A stretch of DNA of 32,000 nt, from assembly GCF_025273655.1 (NCBI RefSeq), contig NZ_CP045921.1, positions 840,001-872,000 of the forward strand, given 5' to 3'. Both the position numbers and the translations under genes were made by a program. A model generated the notes under the pieces. The model was not told where the DNA came from. It was given only the letters and a program-made list of their open reading frames with translations, and ran no database searches. Positions 1 to 8,458 of this stretch are shown one piece after another (positions within the stretch are counted from its first letter, which is position 1; every line of letters starts with the position of its first letter). Source of the DNA: Candidatus Saccharimonadota bacterium (GTDB taxonomy: Bacteria; Patescibacteriota; Saccharimonadia; Saccharimonadales; Saccharimonadaceae).

Positions 1-1494
1 GGACCAATCTGCGGCTTCGGATCTGGTGACTCTTACTGTTGGGGACTGAATCAGCCCGGTACTGCAAGTCCCCTGCATGTCAGGCCAACCATGCTTAATA
101 CCAATGAATCAATTACAGATGGGGGCACCGGTGGTGGCGCAGCTGGTCTCTTTGGCATAGGTGGCACCCCCGGCAACAGTTGCTATGTCGCAAATGCAAC
201 CGTTTACTGTATCGGCAATAACGAATATGGTCAGCTAGGAAACGGCACTACGGGCGGATCATCTGGTAGCTCATTTGTGAAAGCCAATACCATAGGTCTC
301 ACCGACGGCAAAGCCGCCACCGACATCTCGTCTGGCACTGACTACAGCTGCGCAATAATCGATGGTCAGCCTTACTGTTGGGGCAACGGTAGTAGCGGCA
401 AGCTTGGTAACGGCGACAGTCTCAATCGCACCCACCCATATGGTGTCAATGGCCTGCCCGACTCGACGTCGTCGACACAGGTTACCGCCGGCAACGCTCA
501 TTCATGCTCAATCACAGGCGGTCACGCCTACTGCTGGGGTAGCAATGCGTCTGGGCAAGTCGGAAGTGGTGCTAATAATCCACAACTATCTGCTCGTCTC
601 GTGACGGGTAGTGGTTTTGAAAGTATGGCAGTCACCGACATCTCAGCCGGGCGAGATCACACTTGTGCTGTCGCAAATAGCAAGGCCTATTGCTGGGGAC
701 TTAACACTTATGGCCAACTTGGCAATAACACGACTACTGCAACAGGTACGCCTACAGCTGTCCGAGCCAACAGTGGCGATGCACTATATGGCAAACAGGT
801 GACCAAAATCGTTGCCGGTGATCGATTCACCTGCGCGATCGCCGACGGCCAGCCTTACTGCTGGGGGGAGCGCGCTAGCGGTAAAATTGGCAATGGTGGT
901 AGCACTAGTGGCAATACACTACTCCCCGCGGCTGTATCAAATATGACAGGCGCTTCCACCGATCTTGAAGCTGGACCAGATTATGCGTGCGCTATCGAAA
1001 GCGGCATACCGAAGTGTTGGGGCGAAAATCAGTACTACCAACTCGGTATTAATAGCACCGTTGATCAGACGACTCCCACTACCAACACCACATTACAAGG
1101 TAGCTCTAGTAGTCCAAAAAACACCACTTCCATGGCTCTTGGAACCTCTAGCGCCTGTGCAATTACCAATGGTACCACCTACTGCTGGGGCAGTCGTGCC
1201 AACGGGCGCATCGGTAACGGAGGCACCACTACTGGTAACACTGCCACTCCTACGGCAATCACGGAAGTCAACTCTACGACAGACCTAGGACCCCAAAATA
1301 CTCCGTATAAACTGTCGGCTGGCAGCTTCGGCTCTTGTGCGATAGCCAACGCCCGCATCTATTGCTGGGGTGACGGCAGTCAAGGCCAGATGGGTACCGA
1401 CACCACACCTTCAGCCACACTCGCACCAGGTATCACTGCCGACTATACACGAGATGTCACTATTATCTCTTGGGCAAATACTATCTTCTACTAA
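1..1494 (+). CDS. RCC1-repeat beta-propeller protein, 5' end outside window; paralogue of the C-terminal half of 2750..5641
   Basis: Frame 1 is open from nt 1 (GPICGFGSGDSYCWG...) to the stop at 1492-1494, so ATG 91 is probably internal. At least 9 repeats carry the ~50-aa signature [YK]C[WI]G-x-N-x-x-GQLG. Colinear with the last ~470 aa of the downstream RCC1 protein, including the shared C-terminal tail ADYxR...Y-stop. Confidence 0.85.
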   Translation, partial: GPICGFGSGDSYCWGLNQPGTASPLHVRPTMLNTNESITDGGTGGGAAGLFGIGGTPGNSCYVANATVYCIGNNEYGQLGNGTTGGSSGSSFVKANTIGLTDGKAATDISSGTDYSCAIIDGQPYCWGNGSSGKLGNGDSLNRTHPYGVNGLPDSTSSTQVTAGNAHSCSITGGHAYCWGSNASGQVGSGANNPQLSARLVTGSGFESMAVTDISAGRDHTCAVANSKAYCWGLNTYGQLGNNTTTATGTPTAVRANSGDALYGKQVTKIVAGDRFTCAIADGQPYCWGERASGKIGNGGSTSGNTLLPAAVSNMTGASTDLEAGPDYACAIESGIPKCWGENQYYQLGINSTVDQTTPTTNTTLQGSSSSPKNTTSMALGTSSACAITNGTTYCWGSRANGRIGNGGTTTGNTATPTAITEVNSTTDLGPQNTPYKLSAGSFGSCAIANARIYCWGDGSQGQMGTDTTPSATLAPGITADYTRDVTIISWANTIFY

Positions 1495-1540
1495 CGACGC
1501 GTATTGGCCGCATTAACTCGTATGGTCTCGTGGACGAATC

Positions 1541-1549
1541 TGCTACAAT
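1541..1549 (+). promoter_or_regulatory. extended -10 promoter element TGCTACAAT upstream of the minor-pilin genes
   Basis: Exact 9-mer TGCTACAAT, 13 nt before ATG 1563. The same 9-mer recurs at 12674, 16899 and 29807, always upstream of a + strand gene or tRNA. Confidence 0.45.
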
Positions 1550-1562
1550 AACCATAAGGATT

Positions 1563-2036
1563 ATGAGGGATATGCGGAGCGATACAGGTTTTACATTGGT
1601 GGAAATGCTTGTAACAGTAGTACTGATCGGCATATTTATTGCATTTTTCGTACAGATGTTTCGCGCAGGTGCCGCACAACAAGCGTCCATCGTACGCCAA
1701 GCAAAAGCCAACAACCTCGCCTACTCCAACCTCAGCAAATTCCCACGCGCTTCCAGTATTTCACCAGCCTACGTATGTGATACCTCCACCAACACTTCTA
1801 CCAATCAAAATAATCTGACAATCAATCCGAATGCAGCTGGCACACTCATACTTAGTGATGCAAGCGCCAATAAAGAACCGACAGACAGTGCACTGCCTAA
1901 TGCCACGCAGGAAGTCAGAGCATACTCCCCACAGGGATGCGGATCAAATGCCCTGGTAAAACTTATTTCAACAGTAACCTACGGTTTTACTGGCCAACAA
2001 ACGGACGCAAGCTATGCAACATATGTACAAAACTAA
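1563..2036 (+). CDS. minor (pseudo)pilin with prepilin-type N-terminal cleavage/methylation domain
   Basis: MRDMRSDTG/FTLVEMLVTVVLIGIFIAFF matches the prepilin peptidase motif G|F-x-x-x-E plus hydrophobic helix. The track start at 1470 would leave 40 aa before the motif and was rejected. ATG 1563 and ATG 1572 are both possible. Confidence 0.75.
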   Translation: MRDMRSDTGFTLVEMLVTVVLIGIFIAFFVQMFRAGAAQQASIVRQAKANNLAYSNLSKFPRASSISPAYVCDTSTNTSTNQNNLTINPNAAGTLILSDASANKEPTDSALPNATQEVRAYSPQGCGSNALVKLISTVTYGFTGQQTDASYATYVQN

Positions 2037-2796
2037 CAGGGGTTTTACGATACCAGAGCTACTCGTGGCCATGACCATAGCTGCAATCCTTCTTGTCGGC
2101 TTAGTAAGCCTCGTCATCAATCTCGTCAATACAAATGCAGCTACTATCGAACTTTCTAAGCAGGTCAACGAAGTGCAGTCGGGAATAGGCTCATTCCGTA
2201 CAGATATCGGACTTAGCCAGCGTTTCCTCATGACGACTACGATCACAGACACAACGCCAGCTGGCAATAGCTGGGACTTTCGCGGCGGCGGTAACACAAA
2301 TCGCGTCTTAATACTAAATGTCCAAGCCGCTTCGAGCAATCCGCTCGATACAAGCAGACAGCCTACCTACCTACAGGCGGGTGGATGTCCAATTGGAACA
2401 AGCCCCGCATACAACAATATTGTATATTTTGTATCTTCCGGTACACTATACCGCCGCATGATTGTACAGCCACCATCCGCCAATCTCTACTGCTCGGGAC
2501 AATCCAATGCCCAGACCCGTACTTGTAGCAATCCGGGGAGTGGCGGCTCACCAAGTAACTGTCAAGAAAAAGATGTTGCTATTATCCAAAATGTTACCAA
2601 TTTTAACGTCGAATATTATAATCAAGCGGGCGATACCACTCCGAATCAAACATTGTATAATACCGGTACAGCCCAGTCCTTACTGGACGGTATTGCCACT
2701 CTGAGAATTTCCCTTAGTACGCAAAAAAATATAGATGGAGTCAACACGAATGAATATGCCACGAGTATTCGAGTCACACGACCAATTGCCTTCTAG
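2014..2796 (+). CDS. minor (pseudo)pilin with prepilin-type N-terminal cleavage/methylation domain (PilW-size)
   Basis: MQHMYKTNRG/FTIPELLVAMTIAAILLVGLV has a canonical G|FTxxE motif. Overlaps the previous gene by 23 nt (14 nt if ATG 2023 is used), consistent with an operon. Confidence 0.75.
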   Translation: MQHMYKTNRGFTIPELLVAMTIAAILLVGLVSLVINLVNTNAATIELSKQVNEVQSGIGSFRTDIGLSQRFLMTTTITDTTPAGNSWDFRGGGNTNRVLILNVQAASSNPLDTSRQPTYLQAGGCPIGTSPAYNNIVYFVSSGTLYRRMIVQPPSANLYCSGQSNAQTRTCSNPGSGGSPSNCQEKDVAIIQNVTNFNVEYYNQAGDTTPNQTLYNTGTAQSLLDGIATLRISLSTQKNIDGVNTNEYATSIRVTRPIAF

Positions 2797-5641
2797 ACGA
2801 GCAGGGTTTGTGCTACCCGCGCTAATCATGTTGTCGCTCGTATTGATGTCAGCGGGGCTTGTAACACTACAGTATGTCTCATCCACCACGAGTTCAATCC
2901 AATCAAACCACTATATAGCCGTTGCCAAAAGTGCCGCCAACGCGGGTGCAAACTTGGCAATCAGTTGTATTCGTAGTGGCGATACTAGCTGGACCCAAAA
3001 TAGCGTGCCGCTTACCCCTAAAACAGGTTGTAATGGTGTCGATGTCGCCGCTAGGAGTAGTACTGTCAGCACAAGCGCGGATGGCAGCACCGTACAGACG
3101 ACTTTCTCTGTCGCGCCCCTTTCGGAGACTCCACAAGGAACAGTCGTCACCGCTACCGGTACCGTAGAATTTCGCTACGCAGGCAGTAGCACAGCCTCAA
3201 AGTCCTACAGTGCCACCAGCAAAGTGGTGATTCCCACGACATCTACTAACGATGTACGACCCATCGCACAGGGTGTAGCCGTTACTAAAGTAAAAGCCGG
3301 TGGTAATTTCAGTTGTGCAATTGCCAATCAGCAACTCTATTGCTGGGGCATCAACGATCAAGGGCAAAATGGCACCGCCGTATCTTCAAACGTCACAACG
3401 CCGACACTCTCAAATGCTGGAGCAATTACCGGCAAACGCATACAAGATCTAGACTTAGGATTCTATAATGGCTGCGCCATCGCCGATGGACGAGCATACT
3501 GCTGGGGACGTAATGCCATCGGACAACTTGGCACGGGGGGTACAGGTGGAGTGTCGCTACCTGTCGCGGTCGGCGGATCCCTCGCAAGTCAAAACGTACA
3601 AAAAATCACAGTAGGAACGAGTGCCGATGCGTCCAACCCTTCGCAATACGCATGTGCCATCGCACAAACAAAAGCATACTGCTGGGGCGCGAACAATTAT
3701 GCACAATTAGGCCAAGCCTCCTACGACTGCATCCCGATTATCGGCTGCTTTCAGCTCAGTACCAAGCCACTCTTTACCTCAGGCGTGTACGACGCGACAA
3801 AAGTAAGCCCGACAGAAGTGTTCGGCTACTCAAATCGCCAGTTTGAAAGCCAAAGCCAAATCTACAACCGCAACCCCTCAGACCTTGAAGCTGGCGCCTA
3901 CGGGGTATGCGGAGTGTTCAACGGTCGGGGATTTTGTTGGGGAAATCGTTTCGTCAGCTTACCGCTCAACGATGCCGGCGGCACAAACGACTCTAGCGGC
4001 TGGAAAAACGGTAGCTTATCTGGAAAGTTTGCCAGTTCACCTATTACCGGTGAATCAACTGCCTGTATGGTCGCGGAAGGACGCGCCCACTGCTGGGGCG
4101 CAAGACCGGGAGATGGCACCAACCCACTACTGCCAGACGGCACACCGCAGCTCGTACCAAACACTGCCGGCAATCCGCTATACGGCGTCAGTGTTTTAGG
4201 GGGCGACACTACCGATGATCAGGGACCAATCTGCCTCGTCGGTGCAGGTAACTCCTATTGTTGGGGAGCACCGACTGATACCGGCCTGTCGGTTGGCCTT
4301 GATTCAGATGCGTCCGCACAAGGCGCCGTCACCTCTACCGCGGGTGGTCGAGACTACGGCTGCTTCGTCGCCAATGGCTCCGCATACTGCATTGGAGACA
4401 ACTCCTCTTATGCCCTAGGGGATGGTACGACGACGACGCGAACAAGCCCCGTCAAAACTCTCAATATTGGCCTCACCTCTGGAGAAGCCGCAACCGACAT
4501 TAGCACGGGTGACAATCATTCGTGTGCCGTTATCAATGGCTACATATATTGTTGGGGGCGCAATTCAAGCGGCCAGGTGGGCGATAGTACAAATGTCAAT
4601 CGCTCACAACCATACGGCGTACAGGGTATTACCGAGCCTACGCGTGCAACTGCCGTAGCGGCTGGTGGCTCACATTCATGCGGTGTTATCAATGGTAGTG
4701 CATACTGCTGGGGCAGCAACTCAGCCGGACAGCTTGGCAACGGCTCGAATCTCGATACAAACTCGGCAGCCCTCGTAAGTGGCGGCACGATGGCCGGAAA
4801 AGACGTCACCGCTATCTCTGCTGGCAGCTCACATACCTGCGCAATTGCCAACGGAGAAGCCTACTGCTGGGGAGATAACTCAGCCGGACAGCTTGGCAAC
4901 AATACCACTACACAAAGTAACGTACCGGTTAAAGTACAAGGTATGAGCGGTCTTGCGGTCACATCGATCACCGCTGGCGGTAATTTCAGCTGTGCAATTG
5001 CCGATCAGCGTGCGTATTGCTGGGGCAGTAACACTTATGGCCAGATTGGACGAGCCGCCTCCCCGCAAGTAGGTGGCCAACAACTTACTGCGACAGCTGT
5101 CGACGCGCTCAGCACCTCAGCTTTTACTGAAATCTCAGCAGGCAAAGACTTTACATGTGCTATAGTGAACGGCTACGCACACTGTTGGGGCAATAACACC
5201 GAAGGCCAGCTCGGGCGCAGCTCAACCGCATCAAATCAATGGCAAGCCCTTCGTGTGGCCAGTCCTGTGGATGGTAAGGGCACCGCACATATCACTACTG
5301 GTACTGCCCATGCTTGTAGTATCACAAATGGTCTCGCATATTGCTGGGGACGTAATACCAGTGGCCAAATAGGCGACAGTTCCACCACCCAGCGCAACAC
5401 TGCAGTCACGGTCACTGCATCCGCCTCCTATTTAGGCAGCAACTACCCTTTTAAGATTTCTGCCGGTGGCAACAACACCTGCTCGATTGCCAACGGAAAA
5501 ATCATCTGCTGGGGTGCAGGCTCCGAAGGGCAGCTTGGCACAGGCACCACACCTTCTCTGTCAAATGCGCCAGTTGGCTGGTCGGCAGACTACATCAGAA
5601 GTAGACGAGTGCTCGATTTGTCCCGGATGGTTGCATATTAG
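2750..5641 (+). CDS. PilX-type pilin N-terminal domain fused to 14 RCC1 repeats (two predicted 7-bladed beta-propellers)
   Basis: N-terminus SRRAG/FVLPALIMLSLVLMSAGLVTL...SNHYIAVAKSAANAGANLA resembles the PilX_N family (hydrophobic helix, no Glu5, A-x-AG motif). From about aa 180 there are 14 repeats with [YFI]C[WI]G-x-N-x-x-GQ[LVI]G. GGAG lies 9 nt before ATG 2750; the track start at 2735 is also possible. Overlaps the upstream pilin gene. Confidence 0.85.
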   Translation: MNMPRVFESHDQLPSRRAGFVLPALIMLSLVLMSAGLVTLQYVSSTTSSIQSNHYIAVAKSAANAGANLAISCIRSGDTSWTQNSVPLTPKTGCNGVDVAARSSTVSTSADGSTVQTTFSVAPLSETPQGTVVTATGTVEFRYAGSSTASKSYSATSKVVIPTTSTNDVRPIAQGVAVTKVKAGGNFSCAIANQQLYCWGINDQGQNGTAVSSNVTTPTLSNAGAITGKRIQDLDLGFYNGCAIADGRAYCWGRNAIGQLGTGGTGGVSLPVAVGGSLASQNVQKITVGTSADASNPSQYACAIAQTKAYCWGANNYAQLGQASYDCIPIIGCFQLSTKPLFTSGVYDATKVSPTEVFGYSNRQFESQSQIYNRNPSDLEAGAYGVCGVFNGRGFCWGNRFVSLPLNDAGGTNDSSGWKNGSLSGKFASSPITGESTACMVAEGRAHCWGARPGDGTNPLLPDGTPQLVPNTAGNPLYGVSVLGGDTTDDQGPICLVGAGNSYCWGAPTDTGLSVGLDSDASAQGAVTSTAGGRDYGCFVANGSAYCIGDNSSYALGDGTTTTRTSPVKTLNIGLTSGEAATDISTGDNHSCAVINGYIYCWGRNSSGQVGDSTNVNRSQPYGVQGITEPTRATAVAAGGSHSCGVINGSAYCWGSNSAGQLGNGSNLDTNSAALVSGGTMAGKDVTAISAGSSHTCAIANGEAYCWGDNSAGQLGNNTTTQSNVPVKVQGMSGLAVTSITAGGNFSCAIADQRAYCWGSNTYGQIGRAASPQVGGQQLTATAVDALSTSAFTEISAGKDFTCAIVNGYAHCWGNNTEGQLGRSSTASNQWQALRVASPVDGKGTAHITTGTAHACSITNGLAYCWGRNTSGQIGDSSTTQRNTAVTVTASASYLGSNYPFKISAGGNNTCSIANGKIICWGAGSEGQLGTGTTPSLSNAPVGWSADYIRSRRVLDLSRMVAY

Positions 5642-5660
5642 CAAACAAAGCCGGTGTATG

Positions 5661-5703
5661 ACCAAGAAAAAAAGAGGTCTTGCTAACCTCTTTTTTTCTT
5701 GGT
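5661..5703. terminator. bidirectional intrinsic terminator (18-bp perfect stem with A-tract and T-tract)
   Basis: accaagaaaaaaagaggt / loop cttgcta / acctctttttttcttggt. Sits between the convergent RCC1 gene and tRNA-Arg. The right arm includes the tRNA ACCA end. Confidence 0.75.
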
Positions 5704-5775
5704 ACACCCGGTACGATTCGAACGTACGACACCTGGTTCCGAAGACCAGTGCTCTATCCACTGAGCTACGGGTGC
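5700..5775 (-). tRNA. tRNA-Arg (anticodon TCG)
   Basis: Reverse complement GCACCCG TA GCTC AGTGGATA GAGC A CTGGT CTTCGGA ACCAG GTGTC GTACG TTCGAAT CGTAC CGGGTGT ACCA folds as a 76-nt cloverleaf with the CCA encoded. Confidence 0.9.
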
Positions 5776-5833
5776 GTATATCGCAGTAGCGCGAAATTAA
5801 CAGTATATATTGTACCACATCTCCTATGCGCGC

Positions 5834-5839
5834 TATAAT
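5834..5839 (+). promoter_or_regulatory. -10 hexamer TATAAT (context cGCTATAAT) for murB
   Basis: Lies 11 nt upstream of ATG 5851 with no Shine-Dalgarno sequence between, implying a very short or absent leader. Confidence 0.45.
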
Positions 5840-5850
5840 AGACAGATACT

Positions 5851-6873
5851 ATGAATGTACACACCAACATACCTCTCAAAAACTATCTATCCATGAAGAT
5901 AGGCGGCCAGACGCGCTTCATGGCAGACGTCACGACAGTCGAAGAGCTTCAGCAACTCGTGAGCAACACCAAAGCAAAGGGTATTCCGTTTTTTATCCTA
6001 GGTAGCGGTAGCAACGTCATTGCCCGAGACGAAGAGTATCCTGGACTTGTCATTCGCGTACGCATTCCCGGTTTCGAAGTGATAGACGAAAATGCCACTA
6101 CGACCACTATCAAGCTCGGCGCAGGTGAGCTCTGGGACGATGTCGTCGCAAAATCTGTCGACATGAATCTAATCGGCATCGAAGCCATGTCCGATATTCC
6201 CAGCTACTGCGGCGCAGCACCCGTGCAAAACATCGGCGCCTACGGTCAGGAAATCGCTGATACACTCCTGTCGCTCGAAGCTTACGACACCGAAGCTGAA
6301 AAAATGGTGACGCTGAGTAACGATGAGTGTAAGTTTACTTATCGCGACAGCATCTTCCGCACCGAAGCTCGCGGTCGCTATATCATTACTTCAATCACGC
6401 TTCAGCTGTTCAAGGCAGCCCCAGAGCCACCGTTTTACAAAGGAGTTCAGAACTATTTTGACGAGCACAGTGTCACCATCTACACCCCACAGGCTATACG
6501 AGAAGCCGTCATAGCGATTCGCCACGAGAAGCTACCGAATCCTGTTGAACGACCAAATGCTGGCTCTTTCTTCAAAAACGCTATTATCGAACAATGGCAA
6601 CTCGACGAGCTGCTGCGCGACTATCCAGATGCGCCTCACTACGAGATGGACGAGAGCCGCCACAAAGTTCCGACAGGCTGGCTTATAGAGCAATGCGGCT
6701 TCAAAGGCCAGTCGCTCCATGGCTTCCTCGTCAACCCGGCCAACGCACTAGTGCTCATCAACGAATCTGCCACGGGATATCTAGATCTCTCACTCGCCAG
6801 AGGTGAAATTACCCAAGCTGTCCAAGACCGCTTCCGCATCAATATCGAACAAGAACCACTGGAGATAGCCTAG
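5851..6873 (+). CDS. murB: UDP-N-acetylenolpyruvoylglucosamine reductase
   Basis: 340 aa. Contains the FAD-binding GSGSNV motif, PVQNIGAYGQE, FxYRDSIF, NAGSFFKN and GWLIEQCGFKG, colinear with long-form (E. coli-type) MurB from memory. Confidence 0.9.
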   Translation: MNVHTNIPLKNYLSMKIGGQTRFMADVTTVEELQQLVSNTKAKGIPFFILGSGSNVIARDEEYPGLVIRVRIPGFEVIDENATTTTIKLGAGELWDDVVAKSVDMNLIGIEAMSDIPSYCGAAPVQNIGAYGQEIADTLLSLEAYDTEAEKMVTLSNDECKFTYRDSIFRTEARGRYIITSITLQLFKAAPEPPFYKGVQNYFDEHSVTIYTPQAIREAVIAIRHEKLPNPVERPNAGSFFKNAIIEQWQLDELLRDYPDAPHYEMDESRHKVPTGWLIEQCGFKGQSLHGFLVNPANALVLINESATGYLDLSLARGEITQAVQDRFRINIEQEPLEIA

Positions 6874-6953
6874 CTCATCAAAAAGCTTGCGCTTCCAGGA
6901 AATCTATAGTAATCTACAAACATAAATAACTAATTAGGGGGCATCTAATAAAA

Positions 6954-7406
6954 ATGAGTCTTCAAACATTAAAAGATCAAAAGGGTTTCACTATCGTTGA
7001 GCTCCTGATCGTGATCGTAGTCATCGGTATTTTGGCCGCTATCTCGATTGTGGCATACAACGGTGTAACAAAGCGGGCAAATGCATCTGCGGCAAAAGGT
7101 AATGCAGAATCTGTACAGAAGGTTGCAGAAGCCTACAACACAGATGAAAATAGTGCTGGTTACCCAACACTTGCTCAGATTAACGCAGGCACAACTACTG
7201 TCAAGATTCCGTCAGGAGTCACAGTTAGCGCAGCCGCTCCAGATGCAAGCAACGGCAAAACAGCCATTGGCTACAAGGAACTTGGTACCACAGGTGGCTG
7301 TATTGCATACTGGGACTTCAATGCTTCGACTCCAGCCGTTGCCTACGTATATGCCGGCGCAGCACGTACAGGCGGCGTAACTAGCGGTAACGTTACTTGC
7401 GCGTAG
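6954..7406 (+). CDS. type IV major pilin (PilA-like), copy 1
   Basis: MSLQTLKDQKG/FTIVELLIVIVVIGILAAISIVAY has the prepilin motif. 150 aa, with a C-terminal Cys pair (GGCIAYWDF...NVTCA) typical of the T4a pilin D-region. AGGGGG lies upstream. Confidence 0.85.
   Translation: MSLQTLKDQKGFTIVELLIVIVVIGILAAISIVAYNGVTKRANASAAKGNAESVQKVAEAYNTDENSAGYPTLAQINAGTTTVKIPSGVTVSAAAPDASNGKTAIGYKELGTTGGCIAYWDFNASTPAVAYVYAGAARTGGVTSGNVTCA
6984..7106 (+). repeat. 123-nt block 100% identical to 7577..7699 (5' ends of the two pilin genes)
   Basis: Direct comparison: ggtttcactatcgttgagctcctg...ggcaaaaggtaatgca is identical in both copies. Flanking sequence diverges, with many synonymous changes. Confidence 0.95.
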
Positions 7407-7431
7407 CACGATTAAGATAAATATTAGCTGG

Positions 7432-7461
7432 GGGCACGGCAGATTACTATCCGCCGTGCCC
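7432..7461 (+). terminator. hairpin after pilin copy 1 (weak terminator candidate)
   Basis: gggcacggc / 12-nt loop / gccgtgccc, a 9-bp GC-rich stem with no clear T-tract after it. Confidence 0.35.
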
Positions 7462-7564
7462 TGTCTCAATTAAAATAGAGGTCGATTCATCAAAAATGGC
7501 ATTCTTATTAAATAAATTAAATATCGTGAACTCAGCAGCTGAAAATCTACAAAGACAGCCACAC

Positions 7565-8020
7565 ATGACATCACGAGGTTTCACTATCGTTGAGCTCCTG
7601 ATCGTGATCGTAGTCATCGGTATTTTGGCCGCTATCTCGATTGTGGCATACAACGGTGTAACAAAGCGGGCAAATGCATCTGCGGCAAAAGGTAATGCAA
7701 CCTCAGTTCAAAAAGTAGCAGAAGCTTACAATGCCGATGAAAATGGAGGTGCGTATCCAACCCTTGCGCAGCTCACTACGGGTACTACAACAGTTAAGCT
7801 TCCCTCTGGTGTAACTGCTAGCGCAACAGCACCTACTGCGGCAAATGGTAAGACTACAATTGGCTATGCGACACTTGGCACTTCGCCTAACTTTACTGGT
7901 GCATGTATTGCCTACTGGGATTTCAATGCAAGCACTCCTGGAGTTGCGTATGTGTACGCTGGTGCGGCGCGAACGGGTGCACCTACAGGTACGACCACCG
8001 GCAGCGTCACCTGTGCATAG
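7565..8020 (+). CDS. type IV major pilin (PilA-like), copy 2
   Basis: MTSRG/FTIVELLIVIVVIGILAAISIVAY. 151 aa from ATG 7565, about 80% identical to copy 1 by eye, with the same C-terminal Cys pair (GACIAYWDF...SVTCA). The track start at 7496 gives a 28-aa leader and is less likely but not excluded. Confidence 0.8.
   Translation: MTSRGFTIVELLIVIVVIGILAAISIVAYNGVTKRANASAAKGNATSVQKVAEAYNADENGGAYPTLAQLTTGTTTVKLPSGVTASATAPTAANGKTTIGYATLGTSPNFTGACIAYWDFNASTPGVAYVYAGAARTGAPTGTTTGSVTCA
7577..7699 (+). repeat. second copy of the 123-nt identical pilin 5' block
   Basis: Identical to 6984..7106. Confidence 0.95.
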
Positions 8021-8035
8021 TAGGGATACTCACAT

Positions 8036-8065
8036 AAAAGTGCCACTAACCTTGCTGGCACTTTT
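8036..8065 (+). terminator. intrinsic terminator after pilin copy 2
   Basis: aaaagtgcca / loop ctaaccttgc / tggcactttt, with the T-run at the 3' side, 16 nt after the stop. Confidence 0.65.
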
Positions 8066-8458
8066 ATATTGACAAATGTCTAGGGTGAGATAAATCGCAC
8101 GTAAGCATACCCGCCCTCCCTGCCGCAAAGCACCTAAGGCATCTTGCTCATTTCCCCCAGACAGAGTAAAACCCTCTCAATCAATTGGTTCCTTCTCTTC
8201 ATTGCTGATGGCCCCTAAAGATATTGACCTACCCACTCGATGTTTAGAGTAAATCGTACCCAGATAAGCATCATCTAGTCGCTCATAGAAACATACACAA
8301 CATCGACGCGCAACCGTAGCATAACCTTGACCTTTTCTAGGCAGCAAACATACTTGCAATATGTTAGACTTTGTGTTTATACTGGATAGTTCTTCGACCT
8401 CCACATGAACTTGGAGTAGCAGCCAAGTCAGATCCTTAACAGTCACGATAGGAAAGAA

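Noticed and set aside
1470-1562. Longer N-terminal extensions offered by the ORF track: 1470 (pseudopilin), 7496 (pilin 2), 10720 (HTH-murA), 13856 (DUF4260), 16864 (LOG), 28633 (bcp), 30613 (ydeI-like) and 30808 (crp).
   Set aside because: In each case the extension crosses a terminator hairpin or a -10 element, or it pushes a motif that must be N-terminal (the prepilin G|F cleavage site, or the start of the domain) far inside the protein. An internal ATG with promoter-proximal geometry fits better. The starts at 7496 and 30808 remain possible.
271-5083. Numerous 60-120-aa ORFs in other frames or antisense within the two RCC1 genes (for example 271..501-, 362..604+, 965..1288+, 3843..4199+, 3898..4209-, 4540..4851-).
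   Set aside because: They lie entirely inside long ORFs that have a strong, periodic RCC1 repeat signature. Their translations are low-complexity shadows (R/P/S/A-rich), have no start signals, and show no recognisable motifs.
8177-8446. An 89-aa minus-strand ORF in the gap between pilin copy 2 and the secreted protein. It has a faint GNAT-like stretch (LLPRKGQGYATVARR...CFYERL).
   Set aside because: The motif match is weak. The ORF would represent only a C-terminal GNAT fragment, and I found no SD or promoter. At best it is a gene remnant, so it is not reported as a feature.
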